A stretch of DNA of 9,752 nt from Octopus sinensis (taxonomy: Eukaryota), in the NCBI RefSeq assembly GCF_006345805.1, contig NW_021827846.1, positions 1-9,752 of the forward strand, written 5' to 3'. Below are positions 1 through 8,171 of the stretch, in pieces; positions within the stretch are counted from its first letter, which is position 1; every line of letters begins with the position of its first letter. The notes under the pieces were generated by a model. That model was given only the letters and a program-made list of their open reading frames with translations, was not told where the DNA came from and did no database searches. Both the position numbers and the translations under genes were made by a program.

Positions 1-414
1 ATATGTTATACATACATACTGATATATATATATATATATATATAGTATTGGATATATATATATAATATTTATATTATATATATATTATTGTTGTCCACAT
101 ATATAGATCTAAATATGTACATAGTCATATATGTCTATAGTGTAAATATTTCTGTATATGTTTGCCGCTTTGTCTGTGTTCGTTTATATGTGTGTATGTA
201 CGATAAGGTTTATGTATTTATGTATGTGAACAATATGTACTCACACACACGTCTACACACATACACACACAAAGATATATATGTGTGTGTGTGTGTGTGT
301 ACAGGCGGGCGTGTCTACATGCTTGAGCGTGCACGCATACGAGTATACTATATATATATATATAATATATATATACACATATATATATATATATATACAC
401 ATATATACAATATA

Positions 415-448
<34 letters not shown>

Positions 449-598
449 CATGTATATATATATATATGTATATAAACAGATCTATATAAATATATCTATA
501 TATATATACATATATATATATATGTATATATATATATGTATATAATATATATATGTTATATATATATAATGTATATATATATACATATATATATATAT

Positions 599-644
<46 letters not shown>
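1..644. repeat. (TA)n microsatellite/low-complexity tract with degenerate (TG)/(CA) segments
   Basis: Near-continuous TATA repeats at 1-90 and 345-644, with mixed TG/CA runs at about 180-300. The poly-YI and CV ORFs here are translation artefacts. Confidence 0.97.
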
Positions 645-840
645 GCGTATGTCTGTCTCAGTATTTATCGTTGCGTGCGCCACATTTCCATTTGCTAACG
701 TAAACATTACTATTTGAACAAGTGTGTGTCTAATGAGATAAACCTTGTCATTAGCGATGACAAAATGCTTTGAATGCAATTTGTCAGAAGCAGGTAACAC
801 GATGCCACCTACAGCATCATCCGTCCCCCACCCTCCACAC

Positions 841-1001
841 GCATCGTCATTGTCATCATCACCAACATTATCATCATCTTCATCATAATCATCATTATCA
901 TCCTCATCCTCATCCTCCTCATCATCATCATCATCATCATCATTATTATCATTATTATTATTATCAACATCATCATCATTATTATTACTTTTATTATTTT
1001 T
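841..1001. repeat. Degenerate trinucleotide tract (CAT/TCC/TTA), read on the - strand as a TAA tail drifting into TGA/GGA
   Basis: catcat/tcctca/tattat runs abutting the 3' end of the Dong-like fragment at 1002-1056. Confidence 0.9.
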
Positions 1002-1056
1002 CTGTTTGACTTCTGCTTTACATTTGCACAAGCTGGCTCCAAGTCTCACCCAGAGA
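1002..1056 (-). mobile_element. 55-bp 3'-terminal fragment of Dong/R4-like family 1 (piece A)
   Basis: Reverse complement tctctgggtgagacttggagccagcttgtgcaaatgtaaagcagaagtcaaacag matches the 3' termini of the longer copies at 1446 (-) and 7284 (+) and the fragment at 8012-8086. It is flanked by TTA-type arrays on both sides. Confidence 0.9.
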
Positions 1057-1074
1057 TTATTATTATTATTATTA

Positions 1075-1113
<39 letters not shown>

Positions 1114-1153
1114 CATTATTATTATTATTATTATTATTATATTATTATTATTA

Positions 1154-1190
<37 letters not shown>

Positions 1191-1256
1191 CATTATTATT
1201 TTATTATTTTATTATTATTATTATATTATTATATTATTATTATTTTATTATTATTA

Positions 1257-1352
<96 letters not shown>

Positions 1353-1406
1353 TATCATTATTATTTATTATTATTATTATTATTATTATCATTATTATTA
1401 TTATTA

Positions 1407-1445
<39 letters not shown>
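1057..1445. repeat. Imperfect (TTA)n array, about 390 bp (TAA tail/target of element B)
   Basis: Direct reading of the sequence. Confidence 0.98.
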
Positions 1446-1446
<1 letters not shown>

Positions 1447-3499
1447 TATGTTTGACTTTTGCTTTAATATTTGTACAAGTTGGCTCCAAGTTCACCCAGA
1501 GACCTCAAGAGACAACAGGGTTGGAAGTTCATGTTGTTGTTATGCCTAGTGTGCCATATATTTGGGGGGTGGGGATGTTGTACTAATGAATGTCTAAAAA
1601 AGAAAAAGTTTTTTTTTTTTTTTTTTTTTTAAACCGAAAATTATGGTTGTTTTAAACCTTGAGGTTACATAGAGAGTATTTTGCGTAGGATATGAGCATT
1701 TCCCATGAGCACTATCTTTTGAACTTCTGCCATTTTTGGGTTTCCTGTATCTGAGTTAGGTAGCTATCTGTCCCTTTTGCTATCATTCCCAGGGCACCTA
1801 TGACAACAGGTATTGTTTTAGTCTTCAGCTTCCACATTTTGCTGATTTCTATTTCAAGATCTTATATTTGTTGCTCAGTTTTTGGTAGGTCCTGACAGAT
1901 ACGTTTATATCGATTGGGACAGTCATATCACTGAGGAGGCATGTTCTTTGTTTGAAGCCTTTCAATATGATGTCTGGCCTATTTGCATCTATCTTCCTGT
2001 CAGTTTGAATGGTGAAGTTCCAGAGGAGTGAGATGTGGTCATTTTCAAGCACTGGGGGTGGTTTGTGTTCCCACCGGGTTTTTTTCATGGGGCAAATCCA
2101 GTTTTTTACGATTACCCAGTGAATATATTGTGCAGCTCTATCGTGCCTGTTGAGATACTCTGTAGGCGCTAGAAGACTGCACTTGGAGACCACATGGTCA
2201 ATGGTTTCATTTTTGTTGCTTGCATACACGACACGTTGGACTGCTTCTGATCTTTAATATGTTGGCCTGGTAGTTTCTTGTTGGTAGGCATTGATCTTGA
2301 GCTGCTATGATAAACCCCTCTGTTTCAGATTTTAAGCCAGAGGCCATTAGCCATTGATGGGTCAGGGGCTTTGTCGATATCTGCATTATTCGCTCTCTTT
2401 GGGTATTTGCCATAAGAGGGTTTTTTCTTGCCATTTTATTATTCAGAATATCTAAGGCGCAGTTTTGGCACGGGTTTTCATGCGCCTAGCTTTTTTGTGC
2501 TTGTTTCTTGTATGTCTATCTCTAATTCCGAAATTGGTTGTATTCGGAATTCACTTAGATATTCCTTTGCCTGTTTTGGTGACTGAGTATGATGCTTTCT
2601 TGTTTTCATGTTTTGAGACAAGTTTTAACATCCAGTCCTCAGAGTTTTTCAGGTAGGTGTCTAGGCCAATTGTAGCAATCTTCATTGTTATTGCCAGTTG
2701 CAAAAGACCCCGGCCTCCCTCTTTTCTTGGCAGATAGAGTCGTTCTGTATCTGCCTTAGGGTGGTGCATTCTATGCATTGTCAACAGTTTCCTTATTTTT
2801 CTGTCGAGCTGACATATTTCAGTAATTGACCAGTTAACAATATTGAAACTGTAAGTCACGACTGGTATAGCTAATGCATTGATTGCTTCGATCCTGTTTC
2901 TTGCATTCAGCTCTGTCTTGAGTATTGCTCTCACTCTTCGATAGCATTCTCTCCTGATCCTTTCCTTCATCTCTGAATGCCTTATTCCGTTCCCTTCAAT
3001 TACCCCTAGGTACTTGTAGCTCTCCGCTGGGTCTAGTTCTTTTATGACATTCTGTTGGTCAAGGTTAACGTTAGATGTTTCTGTCATTTTTCCTTTGATA
3101 AAGGTAGCCTTTGCACATTTATCGAGGCCGAATTGCATTCTGATGTCGTCACTGAATTGTTTGACTATCGCTAGTAAGCCCTTGAGTTGTTGATCATTTT
3201 TTGCAAAAAGCTTTAAATCATCCATGTAAACGAGATGATTTATATTTTTATCAAACATTTTATACCCGTACTGCGCGTCATTGAGCAGCTTTGAGAGAGG
3301 TATTAAGGATAAAAAAGAGGAGTGGTGACAGTGAGTCACCCTGGAAAATGCCACACGAAATTTTTACATCACCAGCATTTAGGGATTCACTGTCACTGTT
3401 CAGAGTTAGTGTGGTTCTCCATGATCTCATACTTACAGTCAGAAGTTTCGCAGAGTTGGTGCTATCTTATACATTTCAAGGCATTTCCTAATCCAGCTA

Positions 3500-3501
<2 letters not shown>
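1446..3501 (-). mobile_element. 5'-truncated R4/Dong-clade-like non-LTR retrotransposon, family 1 (element B): RT C-half, CCHC, RLE endonuclease, 3' UTR
   Basis: The - strand encodes HSWIRKCL (from 3501), GIFQGDSLSPLLF (QGD 3343-3335), YMDDLKLFAK (3228-3217), YKYLG, RLYLPRKEGGRGL, CRVC..ETIDHVVSKC (2233-2179), RHD (2148-2140), ANRPDII (RPDII 1980-1966), KY(K)DLE and IPVVIGALG, ending ILRKILSM-stop at 1667-1665. A 3' UTR of about 220 bp follows and ends gtcaaacatag-(aat)n. The RLE is C-terminal and both ends lie in TAA arrays. Clade assignment rests on motif recognition, not a tree. Confidence 0.9.
1665..3501 (-). pseudogene. Disrupted RT-endonuclease ORF of element B
   Basis: The motifs are split across track ORFs 2551-3354, 2207-2434 and 1849-2229 plus unlisted segments. 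At least eight frameshifts are needed to thread the protein (for example near 3443, 3312, 2575, 2455, 2430, 2370, 2210 and 1862). Confidence 0.92.
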
Positions 3502-3780
<279 letters not shown>

Positions 3781-4290
3781 AAGTATTATTTTTATAGCCT
3801 GCTTTCACTTCACTACCGAGCGCAATTCCGTGTGCCTTGGATATGTGCTGTGGTTTGTTGTAATGCTCTCATTTCTACTGTATTGAAAGCGTTTTTTGTA
3901 GGATGTGTGCGGTGTTTCCGTTGTCTGTATATATTTTTTATCGTATCGAATTTTTTCTATTTTTTGACTCCACTGTCAAGTTACCTCTATTTCCTGGTCT
4001 TTGTATTTTGGAAGTTTCTCCGTTTCTTTAGAGAAACATTGTCATCTGTTCGTATTGATACATCAGTAACAAAGCATTTTCTTCATGATCTCTGTCAACT
4101 ATATCTGGCATATTGGCCTTAATTTCTCTATCTGAGTGTATTGGCATATCCCATAGTATGGTTGCTTTCTCATTTTCCGCAACCTTTTTTGGCGTGTGCC
4201 TATTCCAGCTTTTCTGTTGTTAATCCAGAGTGTTAGCACAGCTTCCAGTGTATATAGATACCAACTTTCTGGTGTCTATGAATATATTCC
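3781..4290 (-). mobile_element. 5'-truncated, decayed R4/Dong-like element of a second family (element C): endonuclease region plus a distinct 3' UTR
   Basis: The - strand reads EYIHRHQKVGIYIHWKLC*, TILWDMPIHSDREIKANMPDIV, CFVTDVSI, EKLPKYKDQEIEV and GNTAHILQKTLSIQ-stop (3877-3875). These are homologous to B's RLE region, with stops, frameshifts and an internal deletion. The 3' UTR (…gcgctcggtagtgaagtgaaagc…) is unrelated to that of family 1. Confidence 0.85.
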
Positions 4291-4313
4291 TTATTATTAT
4301 CATTACTACTATT
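4291..4313. repeat. Short degenerate TTA tract
   Basis: ttattattatcattactactatt between element C and repeat X. Confidence 0.85.
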
Positions 4314-5220
4314 GTGTGAGAGAGCAGTGCATGATATCAAAGTGACACTGGGTTAAAATATGCAAAGCCCAGTATACCCATCATGACTACCCGTCTGATA
4401 AGGGGACACCAGGCATATGCATCACAAGCAAATGTGCGCGATATACGTTTTCATATCAAGGTAAACAGCGCGTGACCTTGCAGGTGGGGCCCAGTTAGAA
4501 TTTTCTTCAGGTCGAGTAGCCCATCCCGCTCAAAAGGTTCCTGAATAAGGATTGTTTATTGATGTTGAACGAATAACCCATGTTTCCAAAGGTGAATTAT
4601 TCAAACCTCCAAGAATTCCTTTCAACACACGACTATGATGCTCACCCAATACATCTGCTCGTAATCAGAGATGCACATATCGTCAGCAGCTAAAGAAAAT
4701 TCTCAGTTGGTTATGGTCAAGCAACTGACAAGTAGTAGGAAGCACTCCGTCGGTTACGACGACGAGGGTTCCGGTTGATCCGAATCAACGGAACAGCCTG
4801 CTCGTGAAATTAACGTGTAAGTGGCTGAGCACTCCACAGACACGTGTACCCTTAACGTAGTTCTCGGGGATATTCAGCGTGACACAGAGAGTGACAAGGC
4901 CGGCCCTTTGAAATACAGGTACAACAGAAACAGGAAGTAAGAGTGAGAGAAAGTTGTGGTGAAAGAGTACAGCAGGGATCACCACCATCCCCTGCCGGAG
5001 CCTCGTGGAGCTTTTAGGTGTTTTCGCTCAATAAACACTCACAAACGCCCGGTCTGGGAATCGAAACCGCGATCCTATGACCGCGAGTCCGCTGCCCTAA
5101 CCACTGGGCCATTGCGCCTCCAAGTGACAAGTATATCTGTGGTATTGAGCAGAATATTTGCTGTAGCCCATCGGTTATTCCTAGACAAAACAATGTACAC
5201 GATGATACTTCCAATCAATT
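4314..5220 (-). mobile_element. Unclassified non-coding dispersed repeat 'X' (copy 1), interrupted by a SINE at 4735-5120
   Basis: About 4340-4650 is homologous in inverted orientation (roughly 75-80% by eye, with indels) to 5227-6073. Continuity across the SINE is shown by the target-site duplication. The end at 4314 abuts a TAA-type tract, from which the strand is inferred. No ORF was recognised. Confidence 0.65.
4735..5120 (-). mobile_element. Full-length tRNA-derived SINE (head similar to tRNA-Arg) with 13-bp target-site duplication
   Basis: The head GAGGCGCAATGGCCCAGTGGTTAGGGCAGCGGACTCGCGGTCATAGGATCGCGGTTTCGATTCCC has an A box (5111-5101) and a B box (5068-5056). The TSD is caactgacaagta (4722-4734) / caagtgacaagta (5121-5133). 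It may correspond to a described octopus tRNA-Arg SINE (OR1/OR2 type), but this is unverified. Confidence 0.88.
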
Positions 5221-5226
5221 CCCATT

Positions 5227-6073
5227 GTAGTGGGGGAGCATCATAGCCATGTGTTGAGAGGGATTCTATGGGGGTTTTGATAATTCATCTCTGGAAACAT
5301 CGGTTCATTATCCTAAAACAAACTATATTCAGGGACGTTTTGAGAGGAATGGACTATTTCCCCTTGAAGGCAATTCTAACTAGGCCCTACCTGCAAGGTC
5401 AAGCTCTGTTTGTGACGCATGTGGGGGAGCATCATAGCCATGTGTTGAGAGGGATTCTATGGGGTTTTTGATAATTCATCTCTGGAAACATCGGTTCATT
5501 ATCCTAAAACAAACTATATTCAGGGACGTTTTGAGAGGAATGGACTATTTCCCCTTGAAGGCAATTCTAACTAGGCCCTACCTGCAAGGTCAAGCTCTGT
5601 TTGTGACGCATGTGGGGGAGCATCATAGCCATGTGTTGAGAGGGATTCTATGGGGTTTTTGATAATTCATCTCTGGAAACATCGGTTCATTATCCTAAAA
5701 CAAACTATATTCAGGGACGTTTTGAGAGGAATGGACTATTTCCCCTTGAAGGCAATTCTAACTAGGCCCTACCTGCAAGGTCAAGCTCTGTTTGTGACGC
5801 ATGTGGGGGAGCATCATAGCCATGTGTTGAGAGGGATTCTATGGGGGTTTTGATAATTCATCTCTGGAAACATCGGTTCATTATCCTAAAACAAACTATA
5901 TTCAGTGACCTTTTGAGAGGAATGGACTATTTCCCCTTGAAAGAAATTCTAACTGGGCCCTACCTGCAAGGTCAAGCGCTGTTTGTGATGCATGTGACTG
6001 GTGTACACTTCTCGGACGGTTAGGCATTATGGGCATACTGGGCTTCGTATATTTGTACCCCAGCATCACTTTG
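5227..6073 (+). mobile_element. Repeat 'X' copy 2, opposite orientation, truncated at both ends and internally tandem-amplified
   Basis: Shares blocks such as gagcatcatag, ggaaacat, aaattctaactgggccc-acctgcaaggtca, tactgggctt and tcactttg with the reverse complement of 4340-4650. Confidence 0.7.
5230..5996 (+). repeat. Tandem array, 4 x 191 bp
   Basis: Units start at 5230, 5421, 5612 and 5803. Units 2 and 3 are identical, unit 1 differs from them at one site, and unit 4 differs from unit 1 at seven sites in its distal half. The junction microhomology is gtg. Confidence 0.98.
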
Positions 6074-6167
6074 CGGGCTAAGTTGACCACAGTGGAATTT
6101 GAACTCAGAACGTAATACCGTAAGGCATTTTGTTCGGCGTGTTAATTGTTCTGCCAACTCACCGGTT
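6074..6167 (-). mobile_element. SINE family 'M', 3'-truncated head (M1)
   Basis: The reverse complement ccggtgagttggcagaacaattaacacgccgaacaaaatgccttacggtattacgttctgagttcaaattcc matches the head of the copy at 8772. It contains the B box GTTCAAATTC. Confidence 0.8.
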
Positions 6168-6392
6168 CTAATAATAGTAGAGATTTCAATGTTTGGTACA
6201 AAGCAAGCAATTTCATGTGAGGTGTAGAATCGAGTGCATCAACCCCAGTACTCAAATACTACTTATTTCATCGACCCCCATAAGGATGAAACGCAAATTC
6301 GACCGCATAGGATTTTAATCTAAGAACGTGAAGACGGACGAAATGCCCGTGAGCATTCCGCCCGGCGCGCCAAAGATTCTGCCAGACATCGT
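6168..6392 (-). mobile_element. SINE family 'M', diverged near-full copy (M2) with short TTA-type tail
   Basis: It has the head tggcagaatc…gcgccgggcggaatgc, the central block tttcatccttatgggggtcgatgaaataagta and the tail …aaatctctactattattag. It is homologous to 8189-8772. Confidence 0.8.
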
Positions 6393-6394
6393 GT

Positions 6395-6396
<2 letters not shown>

Positions 6397-6439
<43 letters not shown>

Positions 6440-6476
6440 TAATAATAATAATAATAATAATAATGATAATAATAAT
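6397..6476. repeat. (TAA)n array
   Basis: Direct reading. Confidence 0.98.
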
Positions 6477-7094
6477 GAAAAGCGTGTTAGATTTTTCAAG
6501 GACAACAACATGTTCAAAAATAACCCCAAAAGTTTTTACAGGGAGATAGGAAAAACAGCAGTTACTGTAAAGTCTGTACCATCAAAAGAAGAAGTGCAGG
6601 GATTTTGGAATAAAATTTGGGCAGAAGAAAAAACATACAACGAAAAGGCCCCCTGGATTGACAGAATATCTACAGAACTGGACTCCTTAGAAGAGCAAAA
6701 GTGGGAGGGTGTCAAGGTAGAAGATATTAGATCTGCTCTCAGGAGGTCAAGTAAATGGAAGTCTCCAGGAAAGGATAAAATTCCTAACTTCTGGCTGAAT
6801 GTCTCCCCAGAGAGCCATGAACTACTAACAGAACTGTACAATGATGTTTTGCAACACCCTAGTAGGATGCCTCCTTGGCTAGTTAATGGGTTAACATTCC
6901 TGCTTCCAAAAAGTGAAGAAACAAATGAACCAAAAAACTATAGACCCATAATCTGCTTAACAACTATGTATAAAACGCTAACATCTGTCCTGACGGAATA
7001 TACTTAGAGTTTTTTAAACCCCAAAATGGCAGAAATTCAAAAGATAGTGCTCATGGGAACTGCTCATATACTACGCAAAATACTTTCTATGTAA
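6477..7094 (+). pseudogene. Fusion reading frame of element D (one internal TAG at 7005-7007, no frameshift); lacks YMDD and the endonuclease
   Basis: Track ORF 6510-7007 extends upstream in frame to 6477. Downstream codons 7008 agt ttt tta aac ccc aaa atg(7026)…taa(7092) are in the same frame. Confidence 0.85.
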
Positions 7095-7280
7095 TCTCAA
7101 GGTTTAAAACAAACAATTTTCGATTTTTTTTTAGACATTCAGTAGTACAACACCAAAAAAGAAAACCAAATATATGGCACACTAGGCATAACAACAAGGT
7201 GAACTTCCTACCTGTTGTCTCTTGAGATCTCTGGGTGAGACTTGGAGCCAACTTGTACAAACATAAAGCAAAAGTCAAAC

Positions 7281-7284
<4 letters not shown>
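6477..7284 (+). mobile_element. 5'-truncated, internally deleted Dong/R4-like element (D): RT N-terminal region fused to the family-1 C-terminus and 3' UTR
   Basis: The frame from 6477 reads EKRVRFFKDNNMFKNNPKSFYREIG…WKSPGKDKIPNFWL…GLTFLLPK…PKNYRPIICLTTMYKTLT (RT subdomains 0-2 region). At about 7017 it jumps to NPKMAEIQKIVLMGTAHILRKILSM-stop (7092-7094). The 3' UTR is about 90% similar by eye to that of B and ends gtcaaacatat-(aat)n. Confidence 0.88.

Positions 7285-7353
<69 letters not shown>
7285..7353. repeat. (TAA)n array (tail of D)
   Basis: Direct reading. Confidence 0.98.
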
Positions 7354-7357
<4 letters not shown>

Positions 7358-7987
7358 TCCTATGCGGTCGAATTTGCGTTTCATCCTTATGGGGGTCGAT
7401 GAAATAAGTAGTATTTGAGTACTGGGGTTGATGCACTCGATTCTACACCTCACATGAAATTGCTTGCTTTGTACCAAACATTGAAATCTCTACTATTATT
7501 AGAACCGGTGAGTTGGCAGAACAATTAACACGCCGAACAAAATGCCTTACGGTATTTTTTCCTGAATTACGTTCTGAGTTCAAATTCCACTGTAGTCAAC
7601 TTAGCCCTCAAAGTGATACTGGGGTACAAATATACGAAGCCAAGTATACCCATAATGCCTAACCGTCCGAGAAGTGTACACCAGTCACATGCATCACAAA
7701 CAGCGCTTGACCTTGCAGGTAGGGCCCAGTTAGAATTTCCTTCAAGGGGAAATAGTCCATTCCTCTCAAAAGGTCCCTGAATATAATTGATTGGAAGTAT
7801 CATGGACGTTGTTTTGTCTAGGTATAACCGATGGGCTACAGCAAATATTATGCTCAATACCACAGATATACTTGTCAGTTGGAGGCGCAATGGCCCAGTG
7901 GTTAGGGCAGCGGCCTCGCGGTCATAGGATCGCGGTTTCGATTCCCAGACCGGGCGTTTGTGAGCGAAAACACCTAAAGCTCCACGA
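7353..7987 (-). repeat. Inverted duplication of local region 5003-6317, lacking 677 nt (5220-5896)
   Basis: 7353-7785 is the reverse complement of 5897-6317 and 7786-7987 is the reverse complement of 5003-5219. All four inter-element junctions are reproduced (M2/M1, M1/X2, X1/TSD, TSD/SINE), so these are not independent insertions. Confidence 0.97.
7881..7946 (+). promoter_or_regulatory. tRNA-type Pol III internal promoter (A box 7891-7901, B box 7934-7946) in the duplicated SINE head
   Basis: TGGCCCAGTGG fits the A-box consensus TRGCNNARYGG and GGTTTCGATTCCC resembles the B-box consensus. Activity is untested. Confidence 0.6.
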
Positions 7988-8011
7988 ATAATAATAATAA
8001 TAATAATAATA
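7988..8011. repeat. (TAA)8 array
   Basis: Direct reading. Confidence 0.97.
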
Positions 8012-8085
8012 ACCTGTTGTCTCTTGAGGTCTCTGGGTGAGACTTGGAGCCAACTTGTACAGGCATAAAGCAAAAGTCAAACATA

Positions 8086-8086
<1 letters not shown>
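8012..8086 (+). mobile_element. 75-bp 3'-terminal fragment of Dong/R4-like family 1 (piece E)
   Basis: acctgttgtctcttgaggtctctgggtgagacttggagccaacttgtacaggcataaagcaaaagtcaaacatag matches the ends of B and D. It has TAA arrays on both sides. Confidence 0.93.

Positions 8087-8171
<85 letters not shown>

Noticed and set aside
88-1455. Long low-complexity ORFs (poly-YI, poly-D/N/H, poly-Y/I/L; also 3322-4122, 7208-7477, 7922-8266, 8773-9625)
   Set aside because: They are translations of stop-free microsatellite frames or antisense retroelement sequence.
5045-5120. Functional tRNA gene (also 7881-7955)
   Set aside because: A and B boxes are present, but the acceptor and T stems do not pair. The head continues into a SINE body bounded by a TSD.
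5220-5896. The 677 nt missing from the inverted copy as a spliced intron, which would prove an RNA intermediate
   Set aside because: On the - strand the segment starts GT (ata|GTTTGT) but ends GA, and the only alternative register gives AG…GG. Neither is GT-AG, so it is better treated as a deletion or template jump (104 nt if it predates the tandem expansion).
5230-5996. CRISPR array (also considered for 8189-8772)
   Set aside because: The units are contiguous 191- and 184-bp repeats with no unique spacers, there are no cas genes, and the context is eukaryotic.
5268-6023. Four repeated 60-67 aa ORFs as a tandem gene family
   Set aside because: They are by-products of the 191-bp array (period not divisible by 3, ORFs overlap each other) inside a dispersed repeat, with no recognisable domain.
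5003-7987. Foldback/TIR DNA transposon carrying an RT fragment
   Set aside because: The arm ends fall inside SINEs that continue only on the left, there is no TSD around 5003/7987, and there is no transposase. The right arm is a derived copy, not a terminal repeat.
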